From: an uncultured delta proteobacterium
GTDB lineage: Bacteria > Desulfobacterota > Binatia > UBA9968
Direction of reading: 5' to 3'
Assembly (NCBI GenBank): GCA_963816145.1
Contig: CAWFJP010000004.1
Span: 524,377-588,376 of the forward strand
DNA length: 64,000 nt
This document shows, piece by piece, positions 21,102 through 30,103 of this stretch. How positions within the stretch are numbered: the stretch's first letter is position 1; each line of letters begins with the position of its first letter. The notes under the pieces were generated by a model. The model was not told where the DNA came from. It made no database searches and saw nothing but the letters and a program-made list of their open reading frames with translations. Position numbers and translations under genes: made by a program.

Positions 21102-21124
21102 TCGCGCTGCGATTACTTCTGTTG

Positions 21125-21205
21125 TTTAAAGGTTCAAGCGTTCAAGGTTCAACGTTCGGATTCCGGCCCGCTTTGACCTTGAACGTTGAACTTTTGAACC
21201 CTGAA
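21125..21205. repeat. 7-mer microsatellite family A3 (GTTCAAG/GTTCAAA), inverted pair
   Basis: GGTTCAAGCGTTCAAGGTTCAACG...TTGACCTTGAACGTTGAACTTTTGAACC; also ~19853-19886, 37011-37043 and 38174-38294. Confidence 0.85.
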
Positions 21206-21223
21206 CAGAAACGGGAGGTTCCT

Positions 21224-22237
21224 ATGCCACGACTCAGACTCAGCTTCGTTTCCGCCTACAACGAACGCGTGCAGCCGCTGATGGATGGCAGTATTCAGCC
21301 GGAAGGCGTCGAACTTCTGCCGACCTATTCCGATCCGTCGGAAACTTTCTGGCGCCAGCTTAAGTTTCACGAGTTTGAAGTCTCGGAGATGTCGCTGTCG
21401 TCCTACCTGATCGCCCGATCGCGCGGCATGGACTTTGTTGCGATCCCTGTGTTCCCGGCGCGCCGCTTCTTTCATGCCGAGCTTTCCTACCATGTCGATT
21501 CGGGAATCAAGCAACCAAGCGACGTGACTGGCCATCGTATTGGCGTCGGCGAATACCAGCAGACCGCTTCGCTCTGGGTGCGCGGCACCTTGGATCATGA
21601 TTTTGGGGTGTCGCAGTACAAAGTCGATTGGTACATGGAACGTACCGATGAGTTAAGCCACGGCGGAGCGACCGGATTTGCGCCGCCCAAGGGCATCTCG
21701 TTCAACAAGATACCAGCAGATAAGAGCATCGCTTCGATGCTCGTCAATCACGAGATCGACGTCGCGTCAGTGACGCGAGCGTTTTCGCGCGAATCGAACA
21801 TCATTGACCGGTCGACTCAGATCCGGGCCGAGAGCGGTGACTGGAGCAAAGTGAAACCGCTGTTTCCCGACCGCGTCGCTGAAGCCGCCCGGTTCGTCAA
21901 GCAGCACGGTTTCGCCCCGGCGAATCACGCGTACGCGATCCGCGGCGACGTCGCGCGCAAGTATCCTTGGTTGGCGTTCAATCTATACAAAGCGTTTGCC
22001 GCCGCGAAAGCGGCGTGGCGCGATCGCTTCGTCGAGAATCTCCCGTCAGGGCTTTTTTTTGGCAGAGAATATGCCGCCAAGACGCGCGAGATTCTCGGCG
22101 ACGATCCCTATCCCTACGGCATTAAAGCCAACCGTCCGATGTTGGAAACGATTATTGACTATTCCTACGAGCAAGGTTTGACCCCGCAGAAGGCCAGAAT
22201 CGAAGATTTGTTCGCGCCGGCGACGTTGGATCTCTAA
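21224..22237 (+). CDS. 4,5-dihydroxyphthalate decarboxylase-like protein (OphC/Pht5 family, SBP fold)
   Basis: EVSEMSLSSY, PVFPARRFFH, GVGEYQQTASLWVRG, DPYPYGIKANR...YSYEQGL; GGGAGG RBS. Confidence 0.8.
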   Translation: MPRLRLSFVSAYNERVQPLMDGSIQPEGVELLPTYSDPSETFWRQLKFHEFEVSEMSLSSYLIARSRGMDFVAIPVFPARRFFHAELSYHVDSGIKQPSDVTGHRIGVGEYQQTASLWVRGTLDHDFGVSQYKVDWYMERTDELSHGGATGFAPPKGISFNKIPADKSIASMLVNHEIDVASVTRAFSRESNIIDRSTQIRAESGDWSKVKPLFPDRVAEAARFVKQHGFAPANHAYAIRGDVARKYPWLAFNLYKAFAAAKAAWRDRFVENLPSGLFFGREYAAKTREILGDDPYPYGIKANRPMLETIIDYSYEQGLTPQKARIEDLFAPATLDL

Positions 22238-22259
22238 GCTGGCGCAGAGAGGATCGGCG

Positions 22260-23369
22260 ATGATTCGCCCGAGTGTTCCGCTGCTCACTTTGTTGCTGTG
22301 CCAACTGTCGCTGCCGCAAACGGTGCTTGCGGCTGAATCTGTCACAGCGCCCGAAGGCGAATGGGAACGCACGGTCAAAGCCGCCGAGCAGGAAGGCCAA
22401 GTCAACGTCTACAAGATCGCCAGCGACTCCGAGTGGCAAGCCTTTCAGAAAAAATACCCCAAGATCAAAGTCAACCTCTTCCACGCCACGGCAGCACAAC
22501 ATTTGCAGCGCTTGCTGGCCGAGCGGCGGGCGGGAAAATTTCTCGCCGATGTGGTTCGCCTCGGCGGCGGCACCAGCACGTCGCTTTACAAAGCCAAGGC
22601 CATCGACCCGCTGCCGCCGGCGTTGCTGCTGCCCGAAGTCAAAGATCAGGCAAAATGGTTCGAGGGGCGGCACCAATACAACGACGTCGACAACCAGTAT
22701 GTGTTTATCTACGCGGCGTTTCCGTTGCATCTGCTCGGATACAATCCGAAAATCGTCGAGGCGCAGAATCTGCGCAGTTACGCAGACTTATTGGATCCCA
22801 AGTGGAAGGGCAAAATTACCCTCAAAGATCCGCGCGATCCGGGCGGCGCGAGTCCTTTGCTGTTTCTCTATAACAACCCGCAGCTGGGGCCGGAGTTTAT
22901 CAAGAAGCTCTTTACCATGGCCGGTCTGACGTTGATCCGCGACGAACGCCAGCAACTCGATTGGATCGCCTCGGGGAAATATCCCCTGGCAATCACGGCA
23001 AAGCCGGAACAGCTTGAAGATGCGAGAAATAAAGGACTGCCCGTAGAAGTGCTCGACGCTCATACGATGAAAAAGGACGGCGTCGGCCTGGAAGCGGGCG
23101 GGACGATGATCGCGCTAGCGAACAAAGCGCCCCATCCGAACGCAGCCAAAGTGCTGGTCAATTGGTTTTTGTCGCGCGACGGACAGATGGCCGTGCAAGA
23201 ACCCCAAGGCAACGAGCCAGCGTATAATTCTCTGCGCGATGATATTCCCAAAGACCATCTACCGCCGCGGGCGCAGCGGCAAAAAGGCGTGAACTACATT
23301 CGGCTCTGGGGACCGTCGGTTTGGGACCGTTCGGCGATCACGGATTTGGTCAGTGAGATGGCGAAATAA
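22260..23369 (+). CDS. Extracellular solute-binding protein (AfuA/PotD-like)
   Basis: Signal peptide and family motifs. Confidence 0.87.
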   Translation: MIRPSVPLLTLLLCQLSLPQTVLAAESVTAPEGEWERTVKAAEQEGQVNVYKIASDSEWQAFQKKYPKIKVNLFHATAAQHLQRLLAERRAGKFLADVVRLGGGTSTSLYKAKAIDPLPPALLLPEVKDQAKWFEGRHQYNDVDNQYVFIYAAFPLHLLGYNPKIVEAQNLRSYADLLDPKWKGKITLKDPRDPGGASPLLFLYNNPQLGPEFIKKLFTMAGLTLIRDERQQLDWIASGKYPLAITAKPEQLEDARNKGLPVEVLDAHTMKKDGVGLEAGGTMIALANKAPHPNAAKVLVNWFLSRDGQMAVQEPQGNEPAYNSLRDDIPKDHLPPRAQRQKGVNYIRLWGPSVWDRSAITDLVSEMAK

Positions 23370-23444
23370 GAAAACTCGTTCCAATCGTTCAAACCGTTCA
23401 AGCCGTTCAAAACGTGGATGGAAGAAGAATCGGATTTGGAGTAT

Positions 23445-23582
23445 CTCCGGCAATGGCGCCTGGGCGCAAAGGTGAGCGATGTCATTTCGAACGGAGAGAG
23501 AAATCTCGCTTAGATCCCTCGTATTCGCTCGGGATGACAGGCCTCTGGCCTGCCACTTGGCGTCTTTGCGCCTTTGCGGGAG
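23445..23582. repeat. Composite repeat, second copy (see 13309-13440)
   Basis: Near-identical GTCA doublet plus CTTGGCGTCTTTGCGCCTTTGCGGGAG arm; preceded by a 9-mer array at ~23377-23415. Confidence 0.85.
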
Positions 23583-23621
23583 GAATATCCGGTGCCTTGT
23601 CGACAATAAGGAGACAGGCTT

Positions 23622-24827
23622 ATGATCAAGGCAAGCGATCTTTCATGGGATGACGTGGTTCGCGTCGGCGCGGGTACGCCGGGAGGGAATTATTTACGTT
23701 CGTTCTGGTGGCCGGTGGCGCTGGCCGACGAAGTCAAAGATATCCCGGTGCCGGTGAAAATCCTCGGCGAAGAGTTGGTGCTGTTCCGCGATCTCGGCGG
23801 TGAACTGGCGTTGCTCGGTGCCTACTGTGCGCACCGGCGTGCCTCGCTTGAGTATGGGATCATTCAAGCCAACGGCATTCGCTGCGCTTATCATGGCTGG
23901 TGTTACGACCGACAGGGCAAGATCGTCGATCGGCCGGCGGAGCCGATTAAGACGGCGCCGAATATTAATCATCCGTGCTATCCGGCGCGCGAGTTGGGGG
24001 GATTTGTATTTGCCTACTTGGGCAAGAACAGCCCGCCGCCGCTGCCGCGCTATGATGTGCTGATGCAAGATGGCTACCGGGTGGTTGAACGCGGCGACGC
24101 CGAAGCCGGCAAGGCTTATCACTGCAATTGGCTCCAGGGCGTGGAAAATACCACGGACACGACCCATCTGACGTATCTGCACGGCATTTATAAGTCTTGT
24201 CCGGCGTTCAAACCGGTGGAAGGCGAGTACGGCGTCAAACTTTATATTCTTGAGCCGCGGGCAAAGCCGAATCACGTGGCGATTCGCAAACGCTGCACCG
24301 TGTTGCCGACCATCAATCGCAAGTCCCGCGAGCTCTATCCGAAAAACCCAGGTGAGCCGACGGTGACCCTGCAGCAGGCAATCTGGGTGATCCCCATCGA
24401 CGACACCCACTGCGAGGAGATGCGCATGACCGTTTATCCCGAGGCGCCGGCGGAAAAAAGCTACCATGGCGGCTTCGTCAAGCAAGCCAAACAGCGCGAG
24501 CGAAAATCCTACGACCGGCGTTTTTACGGCGAGATCCGCGGCAACGTGCCGCTGGAAGACAAAGCGATGGTGGAAAGCCAAGGCGCGATCGTCGACCGTA
24601 CCCTCGAGCATCCGGGCTACGGCGACCGGGCGATTTTGCTCTTGCGCAAGATGATCCGCGACGGCGTCGCCGCGGTGGCCAACGGCGAGACGCCCAAGGG
24701 TGTCATGAAAGAGGACGCCTCCCTGGTCGATCTCGACATTGGCATCGAGCAATATCCGGTGGGCGCGGTGCCGCAGAATAGAAAAGAATTGCTGGCTGAA
24801 TTGCAGCAGCAGGCGGAGCAAATCTGA
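23622..24827 (+). CDS. Rieske oxygenase alpha subunit
   Basis: CAHRR...CAYHGW; ENTTDTTHLTYLH; EDKAMVESQG. Confidence 0.9.
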   Translation: MIKASDLSWDDVVRVGAGTPGGNYLRSFWWPVALADEVKDIPVPVKILGEELVLFRDLGGELALLGAYCAHRRASLEYGIIQANGIRCAYHGWCYDRQGKIVDRPAEPIKTAPNINHPCYPARELGGFVFAYLGKNSPPPLPRYDVLMQDGYRVVERGDAEAGKAYHCNWLQGVENTTDTTHLTYLHGIYKSCPAFKPVEGEYGVKLYILEPRAKPNHVAIRKRCTVLPTINRKSRELYPKNPGEPTVTLQQAIWVIPIDDTHCEEMRMTVYPEAPAEKSYHGGFVKQAKQRERKSYDRRFYGEIRGNVPLEDKAMVESQGAIVDRTLEHPGYGDRAILLLRKMIRDGVAAVANGETPKGVMKEDASLVDLDIGIEQYPVGAVPQNRKELLAELQQQAEQI

Positions 24828-24859
24828 AGGCTAAATCAGGACCGTCATTCACTACGAAG

Positions 24860-25044
24860 TGTCCATGAGCTTACGCTCGTCTACAGAGCATGAAATTGCA
24901 GGCCCCTGCACCCCCCCGGTTCGTCATGCCGGCGCAGGCCGGCATCCAGGGGACGGAGGGGGGATGGATACCGGCTTTCGCCGGTATGACGGAAGCCTTA
25001 TGCCAATTCGTCGGCCAGATCGTACTTGCGCATGTATTTTCTCA
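24860..25044. mobile_element. Small non-coding insertion flanked by GAAG direct repeats, inside a CACGAAG array, carrying a GTCA-type REP doublet
   Basis: GAAG at 24856-24859 and 25045-25048; removal restores CACTACGAAGGACACGAAGAGCACGAAG; REP doublet at 24922-24991. Confidence 0.6.
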
Positions 25045-25174
25045 GAAGGACACGAAGAGCACGAAGTTCGGAACCTTAAACATCCGAACCCTTCGCGGCC
25101 TTCGTGAGCTTCGTGGCGCGGTGGATTTTCTCATGGCCCGCGACTAATGCAGCCAATTTGATGGGACCAAAACG

Positions 25175-26047
25175 ATGAAAACATATAATTCGACGGCTCC
25201 CTTGGAGCGCGTGGGATTTATCGGCCTCGGCAACATGGGCGGCGCCATCGCGCTGCGATTGCTGCGCGCCGGTTATCCACTGACGATTTTAGACTTGGAC
25301 GCGGAAAAGATGGCGGGTCTCATTAACGAAGGCGCGACGCGCGCTGCCACGCCGCGAGAAGTGGCCGAGCGTTGCACCATCGTCCTCGCGTCGCTGCAAC
25401 CGGACGACGTCGAGAAAGTTGCCTGCGGCACCGACGGCATTGCTCAAAGTAAAAACAAGAGTGTTGTTTTTGTCGATCTCAGCAGCACGACCGAGCAGAC
25501 GGCGATCAAAGTTGCCGATTCGTTGCGTGCGTGCGGCATCGAAATGCTCGACTCTCCGGTGAGCGGCGCGGACATCGGCGCGACCAACGGCCATCTGACG
25601 CTCTTTGTCGGCGGCAGTTATCAAGCCTATCAGCGCTGTCTGCCGGTGCTGCAACAGGTCGGGCGGATGGTTACCTATCTCGGTAAGAACGGCAACGGCC
25701 AGGTGGGTAAGAAAATCAATCAGATGATGCAGGCGCTGTCTGAGCTGGCGATCTACGAAGGCATGTTGCTGGCGCAAAAAGCCGGTTTGCCGCTGCGGAG
25801 TTTTGCTCGTGCGGCGTCGGCCGGCTGTGCTCAGACTTGGCGCTTGGATGAGATGGTCAACGATGTTTTCAACCAGGGTGTGCGCCAACACCGCTTCAGG
25901 CTTCGTCCGGGCCGCACGGGCAACGCGCTGAAGATGGCCGCGCGGCTGGGTGTCAAACTGCCCGGCACGGAAGCCGCCCACGAGCTGTTTTCGCGCCACG
26001 ATTGGGAAATCGTGATCGATTTTGACGATGACAAAGTTCCTGAGTAG
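25175..26047 (+). CDS. NAD(P)-dependent oxidoreductase, 3-hydroxyisobutyrate dehydrogenase/tartronate semialdehyde reductase family
   Basis: VGFIGLGNMG, LDSPVSGA, GNGQVGKKINQ. Confidence 0.87.
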   Translation: MKTYNSTAPLERVGFIGLGNMGGAIALRLLRAGYPLTILDLDAEKMAGLINEGATRAATPREVAERCTIVLASLQPDDVEKVACGTDGIAQSKNKSVVFVDLSSTTEQTAIKVADSLRACGIEMLDSPVSGADIGATNGHLTLFVGGSYQAYQRCLPVLQQVGRMVTYLGKNGNGQVGKKINQMMQALSELAIYEGMLLAQKAGLPLRSFARAASAGCAQTWRLDEMVNDVFNQGVRQHRFRLRPGRTGNALKMAARLGVKLPGTEAAHELFSRHDWEIVIDFDDDKVPE

Positions 26048-26053
26048 GTCTCT

Positions 26054-27202
26054 ATGATCGAGCCCAGGTGTTTAGTCGGGTTGTTGCTGGCCGTGGTGAT
26101 GCTTGCGTTAGCTAGCTCGGTCGCAGCGGCTGATTCTAACGCCTCCCCAGGCTGGGAGCCTGAGTGGAACCGCACGGTCAAGGCCGCCGAGCAAGAAGGG
26201 CAATTGGTGCTTTACAGTCTCACCGAAGTGGGCGAGGCGATCAGTAACACCGGATTTCAAAAAAAATTTCCCAAAATCAAGATTTCTGTAATTTCGGCGC
26301 GTGGCGGCGAACATATTTCGCGCATTATGGCCGAGCGGCGGGCGGGAAAGTTTCTCGCCGACGTCGGCAATCTGGGCAATACCTCGCCCTACACTCTCTA
26401 CCAGAGCAAAGTCCTCGATCCGATTGCGTCGGCCTTCATCCTGCCGGAGGTCAAGGATGAGTCGAAATGGTGGCAGGGCAAACAGCAGTTCATCGATCCG
26501 GAAGGGAAATATATTCTGGTATACGTCGGCGCGCCGTTGTTCTTGGTCGGCTACAACACCAAGCTGGTCAATCCGAGCGGGTTCAAATCATACTGGGAAT
26601 TGCTCGACCCCATGTGGAAAGGCAAGATCGTTGCGTTCGATCCCAAAGCCGGCGGCTTTGCTGCGACTCGCGATAGATTTTTTTTTCACAATCCGGAATT
26701 GGGACCCGCCTTTGTGCGCCGTTTGTTTAGCGAGATGGCGCTGACGTTGTACGCGCGCTTTCCCCAGGGAGAAGATTGGCTGGCAGCGGGCAAATATGCG
26801 CTTTGTCTATGCCGGCACCAATCGATCAGCGAGGCCAAGAGCCAAGGTTTGCCGGTGGACCTGATCGAGCCGGCGCAGTTCAAGGAGGGCGTCGGTGTCG
26901 AAAGCCGCGCCAAGACTCTGGTGCTGATGAATCAGCCAGCCCATCCCAATGCGGCGAAAGTTTTTCTCAATTGGTTTCTGTCGCGCGAGGGGCAAAGCGA
27001 TTTCCAAAAGAGCGCGGCGAAATATGTCGACGCCGGTGCCGAGGGATCGCTGCGCGTGGACATCTCAAAAGACGAGATTCCCGCGCGCAACCGGCTCAAT
27101 CCCGGTGTCAAATATGTGCCCCAATGGAATCCGGACTACTTCGATATGAAACCGATCGCCAAAGTGATCGCCGAAGCGCAGGTTGAAGCGGGGAAGAAGT
27201 AA
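26054..27202 (+). CDS. Extracellular solute-binding protein (AfuA/PotD-like)
   Basis: Signal peptide and family motifs. Confidence 0.88.
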   Translation: MIEPRCLVGLLLAVVMLALASSVAAADSNASPGWEPEWNRTVKAAEQEGQLVLYSLTEVGEAISNTGFQKKFPKIKISVISARGGEHISRIMAERRAGKFLADVGNLGNTSPYTLYQSKVLDPIASAFILPEVKDESKWWQGKQQFIDPEGKYILVYVGAPLFLVGYNTKLVNPSGFKSYWELLDPMWKGKIVAFDPKAGGFAATRDRFFFHNPELGPAFVRRLFSEMALTLYARFPQGEDWLAAGKYALCLCRHQSISEAKSQGLPVDLIEPAQFKEGVGVESRAKTLVLMNQPAHPNAAKVFLNWFLSREGQSDFQKSAAKYVDAGAEGSLRVDISKDEIPARNRLNPGVKYVPQWNPDYFDMKPIAKVIAEAQVEAGKK

Positions 27203-27216
27203 ATGCAAGAATTCAA

Positions 27217-27301
27217 GCTCACCACGAAGGCACGAAGGACACGAAGGTTTCGAAAGAATAATAATCCGGACTTCGTGCTCTTCGTGTCCTTCGTGGTGAA
27301 G
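27217..27301. repeat. 9-mer microsatellite family A5 (CACGAAG), inverted pair with no insertion
   Basis: TCACCACGAAGGCACGAAGGACACGAAG...CTTCGTGCTCTTCGTGTCCTTCGTGGTGA. Confidence 0.9.
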
Positions 27302-27318
27302 AATCATGGAGACTACTT

Positions 27319-28554
27319 ATGCTCAGCCAAGAAGAGAACAACCAACTTACTCAAGTGGGTCGCGGCACGCCGATGGGCGAGTTGTGGCGGCGTTATTGGC
27401 TGCCGATCGCGGCTTCATCGGAGCTAATCGCCAAGCCCACCAAAGCCGTGCGCTTGTTGGGCGAGGATTTGGTGCTATATCGCGACAAACAGGGGCGACC
27501 GGGTTTGATCGGGCCCCAGTGCGCGCACCGGCGCATGTCGATGTTGCTCGGTATCCCGGACAACGATGGCTTGCGCTGCCCCTATCATGGCTGGCTCTAC
27601 GGTAAAGATGGCAAGTGTCTGGAGCAGCCCTACGAAACCGCCGAAGATCCTACCAGCAGCTTCAAAGATCGTATCCGCATGCTGGCTTACCCCGTGCAGG
27701 AGCTTGGCGGCTTGCTGTTCGCCTATCTCGGTCCCGAGCCGGCGCCGTTGATTCCACGCTGGGAGTTATTTGTCCGCGATGGCGTGCTGCGCGACATCGG
27801 CGCGGCGGTGATTCCCTGTAACTGGCTGCAGATCATGGAAAACTCGCTCGACCCGGTGCATGTCGAGTGGCTGCATCAGCATTTTTTTAATTACGTTCAA
27901 GAGCGTTTGGGGCGCACTGACGTCAAGGGTAAGCCGGTGAGCCACAAGAAGATCAACTTCAAAGAATTCGAGCATGGCATCGTCAAAACCCGCATGCTCG
28001 ACGGTCAGACCGAAGACAGTGAAGACTGGCGAGTCGGACACCCGGTGTTGTTCCCAAATATTCTTTTGAGCGGCAGTACCCAGCGGCCGACGTTTCAAAT
28101 CCGCGTGCCGCTCGACGACACGCACACGTTGCATCTTTGGTATACCTGCTATGCGCGCGACGACGCCAAGCCGCAGGATGTCATCCCTTTCTACAACGTT
28201 CCCGTGCCCGGTGTGGACGCCACCGGCGAGCTTGACTGGTCGCTGCTCGATAACAATAGCGGCGAAGACATGATCGCCTGGGTCACCCAGGGCGAAGTTG
28301 CCGACCGCACGCAGGAGGCGTTGGGTTTGTCCGACAAGGGCATTATCCTGTATCGCAAACAGTTGAAAGAGCAGATGGAGAAAGTGCAGGCGGGCCAAGA
28401 CCCGATGAATGTGTTTCGCGACCCGGCGATCAACCAATCGATCAAATTGCGGCTCGAAGAAGCTAAGTTGAATAAGTTCAGTTTTCGCGGCAGCGGCCAG
28501 ACGCGCCAGGGCGGCGCGACCAAGTACAGTCCGATACTTAATTCAGAAAAATGA
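27319..28554 (+). CDS. Rieske oxygenase alpha subunit
   Basis: CAHRR...CPYHGW; ENSLDPVHVEWLH; EDMIAWVTQG. Confidence 0.9.
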   Translation: MLSQEENNQLTQVGRGTPMGELWRRYWLPIAASSELIAKPTKAVRLLGEDLVLYRDKQGRPGLIGPQCAHRRMSMLLGIPDNDGLRCPYHGWLYGKDGKCLEQPYETAEDPTSSFKDRIRMLAYPVQELGGLLFAYLGPEPAPLIPRWELFVRDGVLRDIGAAVIPCNWLQIMENSLDPVHVEWLHQHFFNYVQERLGRTDVKGKPVSHKKINFKEFEHGIVKTRMLDGQTEDSEDWRVGHPVLFPNILLSGSTQRPTFQIRVPLDDTHTLHLWYTCYARDDAKPQDVIPFYNVPVPGVDATGELDWSLLDNNSGEDMIAWVTQGEVADRTQEALGLSDKGIILYRKQLKEQMEKVQAGQDPMNVFRDPAINQSIKLRLEEAKLNKFSFRGSGQTRQGGATKYSPILNSEK

Positions 28555-28556
28555 CC

Positions 28557-28673
28557 GTTCCAGTTGTTCCAAACGTTCCAATCGTTCCAGCCCCCACCTC
28601 TTTCCTCCCCCGCGTCGCGGGGGAGGATGAAGGAGAGGGATGAAACAACTGGAACCTTTGGAACGATTGAAAC
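28557..28673. repeat. 9-mer A4 (GTTCCA) inverted arms enclosing a CCCC-type REP hairpin (28591-28639)
   Basis: GTTCCAGTT GTTCCAAAC GTTCCAATC [CCCCCACCTCTTTCCTCCCCCGCG-T-CGCGGGGGAGGA...] AACTGGAAC CTTTGGAAC GATTGAAAC. Confidence 0.85.
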
Positions 28674-28692
28674 CTAATCTTTGGAATCGAAC

Positions 28693-29862
28693 ATGAATCT
28701 TCGAATCGGTTTAGTCGGCCTCGGCACCGGCGGAAGATCGTTGCCCCATGCGGTTGCCAAAACGACCGGCTTTACGTTTGTCGCGGGCGCCGATCTGCGC
28801 GAGGAGGCGCGGGCGCAGTATGCCGCGGATTTCGGCATTCAAACCTTCGACAGCGTTGAGGCGATGTGCGGGCTGAAGGATTTGAACGCGGTCTATGTCG
28901 CCACGCCCAATCCGTTTCATGCCGGCCATGCGATCGCCGCGTTGCATGCGGGCAAGCATGTCATGGTCGAGAAGCCGATGGCGCTGACTTTGGCAGACTG
29001 CGACCGCATGATCGCCGCGGCGGAGCGCAATCGCGTCAAACTCATGGTGGCGCACACGCGTAGTTGGAATGCGCCGATTCGAAGGATGCGCGAGATCATT
29101 AGCAGCGGCCGGCTCGGCCGGGTCACCCAAGTGCACACGCTGCGCTATTCGCCTTGGCTGTTACGGCCGCGGGAACCGGTGGAGATCGACACGGCTCTCG
29201 GCGGCGGTGTTTGCTACCGTCAAGCGCCGCATCAGGTCGACATTGCGCGGCTGCTGGGCGGCGGGTTGGTCGAGAGTGTGCGCGCACACGCCGGCCGTTG
29301 GTCGCCGGAGAACGACACGGAGGGTAATTATTCGGCGTTGTTACAGTTCGCCGGCGGCGTGACCGCGACGTTGATCTACGACGGCTACGGTTATTTCGAC
29401 GATCGCGAATTGATCGAGGGCGACGTGTTCGGCAGCGGGCGGCAATCGAGCCCTGGGCAGCGACTGCGCCAAGCGCGCGCTGCCGGCAAGCTCGACAAGA
29501 ACACCAGCCGCTCGGGGGTCGCTTTCGACATCGAACGGGGCGACGGCGATGCTCGCAAACGTCCGCGCCAGCCGTTTTTCGGCATCACCTTGGTCAGTTG
29601 CGAACGCGGCGCGTTGCGCCAATCCTCCGACGGCGTGTTTCTCTACGATGCCCAGGGCCGCTCGGAGGTTGCCTGCCAGCGGTGGGACGGGCCGCTCAAA
29701 GTGGAGCTCGACGAGTTCCATCGCGCCATTACCCTGGACCAGCCCATGCCGCACGACGGCAAGTGGGGCAAAGCGACGCTGGAAGTTTGCCTGGCGATGC
29801 TGCAATCGAGCCGCGATCAAAGCGAAGTGAGGCTCTGTCATCAAGTTGGTAGCCCCTACTAA
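28693..29862 (+). CDS. Gfo/Idh/MocA oxidoreductase, similar to phthalate cis-4,5-dihydrodiol dehydrogenase (OphB/Pht4)
   Basis: GLVGLG, YVATPNPFH, GKHVMVEKPM, GGGVCYRQAPHQVDIARLLGGG, WGKATLEVCLAML. Confidence 0.82.
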   Translation: MNLRIGLVGLGTGGRSLPHAVAKTTGFTFVAGADLREEARAQYAADFGIQTFDSVEAMCGLKDLNAVYVATPNPFHAGHAIAALHAGKHVMVEKPMALTLADCDRMIAAAERNRVKLMVAHTRSWNAPIRRMREIISSGRLGRVTQVHTLRYSPWLLRPREPVEIDTALGGGVCYRQAPHQVDIARLLGGGLVESVRAHAGRWSPENDTEGNYSALLQFAGGVTATLIYDGYGYFDDRELIEGDVFGSGRQSSPGQRLRQARAAGKLDKNTSRSGVAFDIERGDGDARKRPRQPFFGITLVSCERGALRQSSDGVFLYDAQGRSEVACQRWDGPLKVELDEFHRAITLDQPMPHDGKWGKATLEVCLAMLQSSRDQSEVRLCHQVGSPY

Positions 29863-29894
29863 CATTGCACAGTTGCAGCCGACTCTCGGATTAT

Positions 29895-30005
29895 CTCGCG
29901 CAAAGACGCAAAGCCCGCAAAGGCTGGAAAATAACGGTAATAAACTCTCCAAGATAATTCATCTCTTCCTTCCGAACTTGGCGTCTTTGCGCCTTTGCGG
30001 GAGAA
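29895..30005. repeat. 9-mer family A6 (CGCAAAG) inverted pair
   Basis: TCTCGCGCAAAGACGCAAAGCCCGCAAAG...CTTGGCGTCTTTGCGCCTTTGCGGGAGA. Confidence 0.85.
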
Positions 30006-30103
30006 ATTTCCGAATCCGAGTTAACCGGTGCAAAGCCAAAATCCTCTTGATCTCCAACGCTTCACGCGATATTAACTCGCAGACTCTTTAGCGGGTTATA
30101 GCG

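Noticed and set aside
23694-24821. 375-aa minus-strand ORF
   Set aside because: Antisense shadow of the Rieske oxygenase.
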